This document shows, piece by piece, positions 24,101-36,100 of a stretch of DNA of 64,000 bases. The translations under genes and the position numbers were made by a program. The notes below the pieces were generated by a model that was given only the letters and a program-made list of their open reading frames with translations, did not search any database and was not told where the DNA came from. How positions within the stretch are numbered: position 1 is the stretch's first letter; each line of letters opens with the position of its first letter. The stretch is taken from positions 39,295,017 through 39,359,016 of the forward strand of contig NC_052154.1 of NCBI RefSeq assembly GCF_902713615.1, read 5' to 3'. This DNA comes from Scyliorhinus canicula (taxonomy: Eukaryota).

Positions 24101-27100
24101 CCTGTAAGATGGGTTTCTCCTCTGCAGTGCTAGCCCAGTAGCGGTGGCTATTTTTTAGTTAACACGTTTTAAATGTGCTAAGGGGACACCTGGAGATGAT
24201 GTCACCTTCTGTCTCCCTTACATGCAACAACAGGCTGCAGCTATCTCTGTAGGGCCTTCTATTGGCTCTCCAGCTTTCCGAGCCTGCATGCTGTCCTTAA
24301 CTGAACGCAAGTGCACCTCCTGTCTTTTATGATATTCTTTCACGGGACGTGGGTATCATTGGTTTGGCCAGCATTTTAATTGCCCATCCCCAATTGCCTG
24401 TACCCACGAATTATCTAATCAAGCCAAGATCACTGTTGGGGGACTGATTCTGACACAGCACAGGGTTGGGTTCCAAATTTGACCCTGACCTTGGGGTCCT
24501 GAACCAAAGCTTAGAATCCAGGCCGTTGTCCTGAAAATTACTCAAAACACTTCAAGTTTCTGTTTCTCCATGATGATTTTCTTCATATCTGAAATATCTA
24601 GTGTCCAAAATAAGGGTTTAAACAAACTGAAAAAAAACACACATTTTGGAACATTCTGGTCTACTCTCCAACAGAACATGTTGAACTGTCAAAGAATATT
24701 GAGTAGTATTACCTTACTTGCATCTTGGCCAAATGAGTCATTGCTACTATTACATCAGCTTGTTCTTTAGTAGAAAGGAACTGTAGCAATCTGCACAGGA
24801 AGCTTAAACTTGATTCTGATGCATTGTCTGCAGGATACTGCAGCACCATGTTTTTGAGTTCCTCCACTGTTGTGGTTCTTAATGAAGATGCTTTAAAATA
24901 AAAGATAAACCATTTCAAACATGTTTTGACTGGGTTATTTTGTGAGATTTTATTGGAGCAAGGCGATGGATGTACATTATTTCACAAAATAACTTTTTCA
25001 GAATTAATAGAATTACCACAATAATCACACAGAAAAATCTCATCCATCTCATTATCTGAAATCCCCTCCCCTGCCACGCAGCCCTCCTGCAAAAAGAAAG
25101 TGTCGCAATCCAATGGAATTCACTTGAGGCTAATGGACAAGGAGAAACTATAATGTAAGAGGCTAATGGAATGTTGGCCTTTATCTCAAGGGGTCTGGCA
25201 TATAAAAAAGGGGAAAGTGATGATGCTGTTAGACATTTAGAGAACTGAGCTCAGTTCGGGATATTACACCCCAGGAAGGATATGTTGGTCTGAGGAGTGC
25301 AGTACAGATTAACCAGAATGAAGCTGGGCTAAAACAGATAATTTATCAGGCTGAACTGCATTGATCGGGCTTGCACTGGCCTTGAGAACGCAAGATTAAG
25401 TGGTGATCCATCTGGTTGTTTAAGCTGATTTAAAGAAAGACTCTGTCTGGAGAATCCAAAACAAGGGAGTGCAAACTCAGTTAAAAATATGCTGTGGTCA
25501 GAAAGGGCGAACTTCACACAAGGATCATGGAAAGCTCTCCCACCCAAAAAAACTGTGGTAGCTAAGTAGCATGAACATTTCAAACCGACGATTGACTGAT
25601 TGTTGATAGGCAAGGTAATTAAGGGTTACAGAATCAGGTGACAAGGTAGAATTAAGATTCAGATCAGCTATGAGCCAACTGAATCGCAGCACAGATTCAA
25701 GTGGCAAAATGGCCTATTACTGTTCCTAATTTCTAAACTGTGTTGCACTGACAATGCCACAGGACATATTGGAAAATCTACAAACAATTTTGCACTGATT
25801 TAAAAAAAGATTCTTTGGACAGACTCGAAGGTTATTCAGAGTTCAAAAATAAATATGTAATTCTTGCATTTTTAAAGCACTTTTAATGAAGTAAAACATA
25901 ACAAGGGGCTTCATAGGAGGACTATCAGCAGAAATCAATGCAAAGCCACGTAGAGATGATAGTACAGATGCCTTTGGTCAAAGGTAGGTTTTAAAAAGCA
26001 TCTTAAAAGTGTTAAGAGAGGTTTAAGGAGAGAATTCCAGAGCTTAGGATCAAAATAGTTGAAGGCACAGTTACCAATCGTGGAGCATGAAACTTGTAGA
26101 TTAAATTTTAAAAAATCAAGGGGTTGGCAAACTGTAGTCAATTTTGGTCAGCAAGTGATGAGAGAACAGAGTATTTAAGATTTCGAACAGCTTAAATTTA
26201 CATAAAGGGGATAGGAGATCAGGAGAACATTAGAATAGTGAAGTCTGCAAATAACAAAGGTTTGAATGATGGTTTCAGCTCCAGATGAGCGGGGACAAAG
26301 GCAGTGTTGATTTTCTCAACAAATGCCTGTGGAACATCCTCTTAAAATTGTAAGTTTTCAGCTTGATATCACCATACTTCACGCTGATACCATGTAATAA
26401 TTTACACATTAGGCAACTGAATCTTACACAGATTGCACTTGGCCAACAGTTGGACATTTTCAGCTTAAAAAACTGCCAGAGCAGTTTACTAACTTTATAA
26501 TCAGGTAAGCATCACTTACAATTTAGATTTTGATCTCCTAAAAGGGCACAAACAGAAGAACCGAGGCATGAAATGGAGCTGGTTTGACCATTTATTACTG
26601 CTTCTTCGGGAAACAATTGGTTTAAAATTGCAGGTGGCCCTTCACCTTGTCCTTTAGATACAATACATTCTGATAGTTTTAAAGAGCCAGCATTAGAGGG
26701 ATCTTGCACAACGACATGGTAGCACACAACAGCAGCTACAAAGAAAAATACAAGGGAAATATTTCAATTTAATACATTAATGACATTTCTCTGTTATGAC
26801 TGAAGTATACTTCCCAATGCAGACTTCCAAATTTTGTTCCCATTAAAAAAAGTGTTAAAAAAACTCAATTTATTGTGGGCACGACACGGTGGCACAATGG
26901 TTAGCACTGCTGCCTCACAGCGCCAGGCACCCGGGTTTGATTCTGGTTCCGGGTTACTGTCCGTGTGGAGTCTGCACTTTCTCCCTGTGTCAGTGTGAAT
27001 TTCCTCCGGGTGCTCCAGTTTCCTCCCACTGTCCAAAGATGTGCAGGTTAGGTGGATTGGCCATGCTAAATTGCCTCTTGGTATCCAAATGGTTAGGTGG

Positions 27101-30100
27101 AGATACTGGGTTAAAAGGATAGGATGGGGTCTGATCCGAGGGAGGATGCTCTTTCAGAGGAACGGTGCAGACTTGATGGGCTGAATGGCCTCCTTCTGCA
27201 CTATTGGTATTCTATGAATTCTGGGAAACTCATCCGCCCAAATTTAATTTGACATATTTTAGATGTTATCAATTTGGTTGAATTGGACATTCTGAATTCT
27301 CCCTCAGTGTACCTGAACAGGCGCCTGAGTGTGGCGACTGGGGATTTACACAGTAACTTCATTGCAGTGTTAATGGAAACCTACTTGTGACATTAATAAA
27401 GATTATTATTATATCAACTCACTTAGATCATTTCTATTTTGTTCAATAACTTTAACTTGGAGCTCCTTGTCCTGAAAAGTATTGAATACCAACTCTTTAA
27501 TCTCTGGGTTCCAGTTTTCTTCCACAGGTTCCACACCAAATAATGAACAGCAGATGGCCTGCAACACCAAGATAATCACATAGGGCTATATTAATCCACA
27601 ATCATGATCATATGTAAAGCTAGATGGTCACAGTTAAGTAATGTAATGGCTTCAGGATTTGTATTTCTAATGGGGGAAAAAGTTAAAAGAACTTATTGTA
27701 CAGGACAATTAGGTGCATTAGGGAATAAACTTCCTGGGCTACAGCAACTAAGTGACGGAGTGGGAATGACTGGAGTGCTCCACAGCGAGCTGGCATAGAA
27801 GTCATGGGGTTGAATAGCCTCCTTCTGTGCCAGACGTGACTCTGTGACTATAAAACTTGACTATACGGCATGCATTTCTTTTAGACCGAACAAGCATTGA
27901 ACAAAATATGAACAAAAGGGAGATGTTTCAGCACACATGTAGAACCGGATGTATTTTCAGATGATAACGTCAAGGGGCAGGATGTAAATGAGAAATGGTG
28001 GGGGCCAAAGATAGATCCGTGAGGGACCCCAAAAGGTAATGTGCAAGTGGAAAGAGAAGGCAATGCAGACAATTCTCTGGCTACACCTGGCTACATTGGA
28101 ATAAAAACCCCTGCACCATTCAATCATTCATCATGTTTTAAAGAATCATATTGAGGAAGGAGCTCCAACAATCACTTCTCAGTCAAAACTTCCGTATGCA
28201 AACAAGTCAGGTACAGGATAGTAGGCAAATGGAGGAAGAAACTAAAAAGTAACAATACAGTTAGTGCAGAGATGAGCTCTGATTCTTCTGCACCTGCTAA
28301 GCGTTTATGTCATTGTTTATCTAAGCACTAAAAGCATTGCATCCTTTAACTGAACAAATAGGTCTAGGTTGTAAGGAAAAAGGTAAGGCACAGACTGGCA
28401 AGAGAGAAAATAAATTACAGTGGTGTCATACATAAAATGGGTGGCAAAGGTAGCAAGTAAATATTTAAATTTATCTAATAACTTTAGATCATATAAAGAA
28501 TGCGTGAAATGATTAAATACAGAAACTTTAAATAAAGATAAGGTTAGATAGGGATGATAATGTAGGTGGTACGCCGCAAAACAGAGTACCTGGAGAGCGT
28601 TGCAATCCTGGCCTATCACATCCAGAGTAAGTAGCTGCATCTTGAAGAACATCAGCTCAGATTTGTTGAGTTGGAGTCTGGGATGCTGACATTGGGGAGG
28701 GCATCAGGGAGAAGTTACCTGGACACTTTATATTCAGGAAGTGACCATAGAATCATAGAAATAACAGTGCAGAAGGAGGCCATTCGGCCCATTGAGTCTG
28801 CACCGGCTCTTGGAAAGAGCACCCTACCTAAGCCCGTACCTCCACCCTATCCCCGTAACCCCATCTAACCATTTTTGGACACTAAGGGCAATTTAGCATG
28901 GCCAATCCACCTAACCTGCACATCTTTGGATTGTGGGAGGAAACCGGAGCACCCGGAGGAAACCCACGCAAACACGGGAAGAACGTGCAGATTCCGCATA
29001 GACAGGTGACCCAAGCCCGGAATCGAACGTGGGACCCTGGAGCTGTGAAGCAATTGTGCTAACCACTGTGCTGCCCCCACATCCCTTAGGTAATGTACAG
29101 GTCTGGTTTATGGTCACGAACAGGAGAGCGAGACTTTCAGTCAGGCAGATATGGGTGCCCCAGATGCAGGGCTGGAAGATCCTTGACCGCTGCCCTAATC
29201 CAACAGGTATGAGACTTTTACTGCCTGAAGCCTGAATGGATAAGGGGAAAGTTTTCAGAGGGCATGAACAACTGACCACAGCATCATGGTATAGGAAACT
29301 ATTCAAGTAGGGAAGTGAATAGGAATATGGTAGCAGCGTGGGACAATATAGTCAGGAGTTAGATACCGTGCTAGTGTAGCCATCTGGGATGGCCACTTAC
29401 AACCATGGACAGAGAGACTCGCAAAGCCTAGCGGGTAAAATGGACAAAGCCAGATTAAGGCAGGCTCAGAGCCGGAAATGTATATTTGCAAGCAAGGAGT
29501 CCAGTTGGTATCGAAACTCCGACCAATTAGCATTTTGATGGGCTGATTAGCATTTGATGGCCCATCTTCACCAAGACAAAGGACTGGTACTCGAGCGACC
29601 GGTACAGTCCCAGACATTTTGGCGCCACTCCCTGTTCAAGGGAAACGTAAACAACGGGATCAGTGACTGCTTGGGACACGTCCAGCCATCCAGGCATCCA
29701 CCCATTTATTGGTTAGGAATCAAACAAAGTGATCAAGGATCACCCAATTAGTGGGGTCCAAACTGAAGGACTGCCCGAAAGAGCACGAAAACCCCCAAGT
29801 ATAAGAAGAGAGTCCGCCATATGTTCAACCCCTTTTGGACCTGGCGCCTGGCAACGTCCATCTCCAATCGCAGCACCACCAGAAGCAAGTCCAAGTTCAA
29901 CGCTCGCTACCAAACGGATGAGCCTAGCTGAGCAGCAGTTACTTCTCCAGACTCGATAGATCCAGAATCGAACAGCGGCCACTGTTCCTCTGACCTAAAC
30001 CGGGTGCCTGAAGTTAAGTACAGGTTGTCTTAGTCGATAGGTGTAGTTAACTAGTAGTGTATGTTGCATGATCCATTGTGTGTTTAAATAAAGTACCCCT

Positions 30101-33100
30101 GACCTTGAACTAACTAACTGGTGTTTGGCTCTTTGATTGATAGCCGGTTGAACCTTGTGGTGGTATCATTTGATACCTGGCGACTCTGAGCATCAGAACA
30201 TAGATATCAAAGAAAGGAGGGCAAACTCACTGATTGCCATAATTAGAGCAGAGCAACAGAGGAAACGAAAGCACAACATTCTGCAATTGTGACCATGAGC
30301 TCCAAAGGTTGTGCTACCTGCTCAACATCACTTTGCAGCTAGAGAAGAGCCCTTGAGTGGAACAATTGTTACGGTTCATGTGTAGACCAATGGCATAGGT
30401 AAAACTAGCAATCAGATTCTGCTGAGAAGGTTTGAGGAACGAGGGCCCAAATTAATAAACAGAACCTCAAAAGGTAAGATTACTAAACAAGGGGAAATTT
30501 AGAAATCTAAAGAGAAAAGTCAAATGTTTAGGGCAGTGGATCAATGTAGGTAAAAACAAAAAGTGCAACAGAAGGGAGAGAGTTTAATAGCAAGAGTGCA
30601 TCAGTGAAAGGATTAAATCAGGAATAAATGGTAAAACATGAAAATTAAACACTATCTGAATGCACAAAGCATTTGCACTAAGAGATTTGAACAAATATCA
30701 CAAACAGATATAAATGGGAAGGATGTAATAGCCATTATGATCGCATAGTCATAAGGCTGTAAATTAATATTTCAGGGTATTTAATGCTTCAAAAACACAG
30801 ACAGAATAGAAAAGGAGGGTAGCAACACTCATAATTACAAATGACACAAGTTCAGCAAGTGAGGAATGATCTTGGCGAGGGAAAGCAGGGAGTAGAGTCA
30901 ATATTGATGGAGAGAAGAATGAATAATGGATAAAAATACTGGTGAAGTGCAGTGGTTTACAAACCCACCCCTCTCCCCGTCCCCAACATGAGCTATATAG
31001 TTGAACAGAGTCTTATTAAGTAAGAGAAGCTTGTAAACAAAGGTATTGCAATAATTGTGGAGGACTTTAAACTTCACAGAGGGTGGAATTTTTCATTTTT
31101 GTGACTAAGTACCATGGTGGGCAGGTTCCACTAAACATTTCGTACTGCATGTGGCAAGAGATCGCACCTGATTTTGCTTTCGGAAGTGCATTAATTATGC
31201 ATAGGTGCATTTTGCTCTGAATCACATGGCAGATTGAGAACTAATTGTCCAATCCCGCTACCACCTAATGAACTTGTTGGTATAGGCGCTATATTTAGAC
31301 GCCACCCTCACCCTCTTCAGGCCAGCTTTCAGGAAAAGTTTCAAAAAGGCTGCGTCAAAGAGAGCTGTTCCAAAGTTCAACAGTGACTCATTGGAGGTGC
31401 TCATCATTGATGTGTGGCAACACTGGGATATCCTCTATCCCCGGGCTGGCTCCAGGAAGCCCAACAACCTCACCTCTCAGGCCTGGGAGGCCATTGCAAA
31501 GGCGATCAGCACATTGGGGACTCAGCCATGAAACGCCATCCAATGTAGGAAGAGAATGAATGATTCATCTGCTCTGCCAGCGCAAGTCAACCTTGAGGTC
31601 ATTCCAATCTCTCACTCTCATAACAGCATCATGCACTGAAAGGGTTACACTGCTCGGGGATCTCACTCAATATTAGCAGGAGGCATAACACCACTGATTG
31701 TCTCACGGGCATTTCAATATCCCCAACATCTCATCTATCATGCTGCACAAACTCCATCGTCATCCCTTACGGAGCAAGGCTCAACCTCTCATCCCACTTT
31801 TCCCAGCACATTCCCTCCGTTTGCCTTCATCAAGGCCAAGCTTGCGCACGACAAGGAGAGATCCCAAATCATTGAGGAGCTCCTGTGAGTAAGTGAAATC
31901 GGCTTCTTCCTGCAAGCCAATGGGGGTGAACCCTCCATGAGTTGATCACATCTCGTCATTCTCAGCGATTCTCTCTTACAAGGTGCCCAGGTGGCTCTTC
32001 CAGGGTGCCCAGGTGGCACCCCATCTGGAGAACAATTACCTGGGAGCCTTCCCCTGGTAGACACCCCAAATGTGGTTATGCCTGGTCCCCATTTGTGGCC
32101 ACAAATCCTTCTCAAGCTTTTCCCTTGCCTGAGGTGTGGTCAACCTCAAGTTAAATCACCACCAGTCAGCTCTCTCAAAGTGGGGAGCAGTCTATGGTCT
32201 TCTGGGACAATGGAGACTTTAAATTTAAAAGTACAATTTCCTTTCTCTAACTTTATGTTTAGTTGCAGTGTTTCTAAAAAAATTCTTCCCATTATTAAAT
32301 GCAGTTTAATTAACAATTAAAACTGACCTGAAAAGGAAGCTGAAGGACATCTTTCACTAAAGGTTGAATGTTGTTCAATGAAACACAGCTGCATGTCCCA
32401 AAATCCACAAAGAACACCGTACAATTCCTTTTGGTGTAGAGAACTGACAAGACCTCCACTCTACGCCACCTGAAATTTCAAGGAAAATTTGTCATTAGTT
32501 TTCCAAATGAAGAAAAAGTCCAAGACACTGCCAATCCATAACCAACAGCCAAAACTTTCATTCTTCAGTATCTGTGTCATATCAACATAATATTCTTTCA
32601 GAAAACAATCTAGTTTTGAGGTCCATATCAACATTTAGGCCAGTTGGTGGACTTAAATGAGTTGGCCTGTCCACGACTGGCAGCAACATGGCAATTTTCT
32701 GACCAAAGCTGCAAAGAACTCAACTGAGAAGGAGCTGTACAGCCACAAAAACCTGGCAGATGAAACCTTACAAGTCATGGGAAATCTAACAACACAAGCA
32801 GAGGTTTGGAATTCCAATCAGGGTGGGGGAGGGGAAGGAAGTTCAGGGAAATGGGGATTCAAAATTACCTTCTGGGTAAAAGAAAATTGTAAAACCTCCT
32901 TTGCTGGGCCTCAAGCAGCTGCAGTGTTCAGCAGATTTGATTTGGAGGGGAAGCTAACAATTCTCACTTGTATTTTTTTGTTTGTTATGAAAAAGAGGAT
33001 GTTTGGGTTTTGAAATCCAATCAGTCTACATGTCACATATGGTTTTCTGTAGTCAGATGACCTCTATCATGAGGCAGCCTCTGTAAGCAGACATCTTAAC

Positions 33101-36100
33101 AGTCAGTTCAATAAAGCGTCTCACTTGAGTAAATTGATGAAGCACTGCTGTCTCTATACATGAAACATGGAAGTGGGGGTGACTCTCCCAAAAAATGCCC
33201 AAGTGTCATTTCAGGTGGGAAAACTGGTGAGAATTCCACCAGCTGTTCTGGCGTGAATCCCATTGCAATCCGCCCACACTTCAATCATTTTTTTTGGAGC
33301 TCAAGGAAATGTCATTGAATTCACCTCTACTATGAATTTTTTCAGGATTAGGGACCTAAAGACGCTGGCAAGACCGGCTCCTTCGAGATCGGGATGCTCT
33401 TTTTAAAGGGTACCCAGATCTCAAAGTTAAGTTGAAGGTCTCCCACACCCCCAACCTACGGACATCATGATCCCACCGCAGTCATGGGCAATACCCACAA
33501 CTCTTGACACCAGGGGGAAACCCCCTCAAGCATGCAATAGCCCGCGATGGGGTCATTGAGGGCACTCTCCTCAGGCCACCCACCCCTTCATGGCCATGAC
33601 CCCTCTCAGGCCCTACCCATTTCAGCTTAAACCAGTCTAAAGTTGGATTGGTAACCGTGAAGTGCCAACAGAGGTTTACAACATATCAGAGCACACAAAA
33701 CCATTGGCAGCAGAGCAAGTCCTAGAGGAGTACAAAGATGTGTTAAAGGGTTGGGATGTCAACCAGGAGAATATCATCCAGAAGTCGATGAGAATGTATA
33801 ACCAATTCAGGGTCTTACCCACATGGCGAGCTTAAAATACAAGTCAGAAGAGGTGGAAAAGAGGGGAATAATCAAAACAAATGACAACTCCTAAAGAGTG
33901 GTTAGCAGCTTGATAGCAGGGAAGCAACCTGGAAATCTTAGCATGTTTAGACCCAAAGGATTTAAATAAAGTGCTGAACAGATCTCACTATGCCATGCCA
34001 AACACGGAAGGAAGTTTGCTGCAACTTGCTAAGCTAAAGATATCCGCTATCCGAGATGCAAAGGATGGTTATTGACAAGTGAAGCTGGGTGAAAGCAGCA
34101 GCTTTCTAACTACATTCTGGGTGCCTGTTGGAAGATGCAGATGGTTGAGCATGTTGTTTGTCATTTCCAGCATCCCAGAAGAGTATCAATGTAGATGTTA
34201 TGAGGTAGTCAGCAATCTTCCAGAGTGGAAACCATAGTGGATGATCTATTATGTGGAGATAAAATGGAAGAATCCTTAGCTGACCTGGATGAGAATTTAA
34301 TCTGACTGCTGGAGAGTTTGCCAGATTAATCTGAAGCCGACCAATAAAAATTTGCTAAGGTGCCTGATGTTAATCAAGCACTTAAGTCATGTATGGATGG
34401 CAAAAGGTCTTTGCCCGGATCCTGACATGATGAAAGCTGCGGCAGCGGTCAACAGACATGAAAGCAGTGCCAAAGATTTTCTGGATTTGTGAACTGTTTT
34501 GCAAAATGTTTGCCTAATTTGTCAGCTATGCAAGCTCACTGGCAAGGAGGTGGTGTGATATTGGGGAACAGAATAAGAAGCATCAGTCACTAGAATCAAT
34601 AACTAGTAACGACAATGCCTATGCAGAAGTACTATGATGGAAGTCACCTTGCAATATGAAGCCTGCAAGTCACACGTGTGTCCAGGACACAAACACAAAT
34701 AAGAACAACACTATGCTCAGATTGGGAAAAAGTGTCTGGCTATCGTTTTTGCTTGTGCATCAGTACCTGCTTGAGAAAGACAAAGTAACAGTGGAATTCA
34801 ACCAGAAATCCCTTCAAAGCATTTCTGGAATCTGTTCCAAAGCATCTGCAAAGAATGTTATTTTATTTACGAAGATATAATTTTGTCACGACATGCAAGC
34901 GAGGAAAACAGATGCAGATATGCTGTTGAGAACAGCGTTCCTCATGGAGATAGTTGAGGATTCTAAGGTAGTATGTGAAATCTTCCAGATTCAGCATGAA
35001 GCAGCAGCCATGCATGATCTGGAAGTCATCAACCCAGCAGAGACAGTGAATCTGACAGACAAGTGCCCTGCTCAAATCAAGCAAACTACCCAACAAGATG
35101 CAGCGCAACAAGACATAGTGATGAAAGGATGGCCTGAGAGCACCAAGGACACATCTTATAGTCACAAGAACATATTGGGCATACCGAGTTGAACTCTCAG
35201 GCCAAGATGGCATCCTGTACAAAGGAAATAAGAGTAATCATCCCTCAGATGAGAGGAGAGATGCTGAAGTGCATGCATGCAAGCCTTCAAGGAATTGAAT
35301 TGACTCAGTTCCCATGTCACACATGGATTTCTGTAGTCAGGTGACCTCTGCCATGAGGCAATCTCTGTAAACAGACACCGTAACTGTTTAATAAGCCTCT
35401 CACTGAGAAACATTGATGAATCTCTGCTATCTTTACACATGAAGCACAGCTCTCCTATTCAGGCCTCAAATTGAAATTGACAGTTTAGGACTCAGTTATG
35501 TCATTAGAACCAAACCTACATATTTATAGAGCATTCCACTGGTCTGCCAATGCCAGATTTAAAAATTTGCATCTTTTTGTTTAAATGATTAAATTCCTAA
35601 TGAAACAGTCACTCCCCTTTCTAATCTCCTCCAGTTAAATAACTCTGAAATATCTCTGTACTCACACAACTCTGATTTCTGGTTCACAAGCTTTATTTTT
35701 GAGAATTTAGTAATTTGTGTCTGTATTATGATCAACTTCAAGAAATTATTAAATTGATTTTGTGCATCATTTAGGTACCCAACTGTCAGTCTGGAGGTAC
35801 AACTGTGGCATAAATATAACTAGGTCGAAGGAAAATTGAAAAAGCAAAATTCAAGAAATTAAATAGTTCACGCATTAATCTGGAAGTACACAATTATCTG
35901 AGACCCACATTTGTTTATCCTATTTGTCACAGAAATTGAGTGTTTTTAAAAACAATTTTTAATTTAATCTTCTCCTCAAAGTTCCCCATCAATCTGGATC
36001 TCAATTTAATCTGTAAAATCCAAGAAAAGCTTTTTGTAAAAGTCTCAGGTTTTCTTACAGACTAAGCACATGGCCTAAGTTGCACCCCTGTGATCTGCCT

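Larger units (their letters stand above)
28560..31080 (+). mobile_element. Highly decayed CR1 ORF1/EN remnant interrupted by a SINE and an LTR-like insert
   Basis: Eroded ELESxLxTL and GDxIVR motifs; NAQSI, GGV and GDF EN remnants. Confidence 0.55.

Noticed and set aside
1170-24890. Separate nested ARM-repeat gene
   Set aside because: It has no start or stop of its own, is on the same strand, and its splice phases join seamlessly to the TDRD12 Tudor and CS exons. Transcript evidence is still needed.
28317-28652. 111-aa minus-strand ORF as a TDRD12 exon
   Set aside because: It is antisense to a decayed CR1 ORF1 and is not needed for phase or domain continuity.
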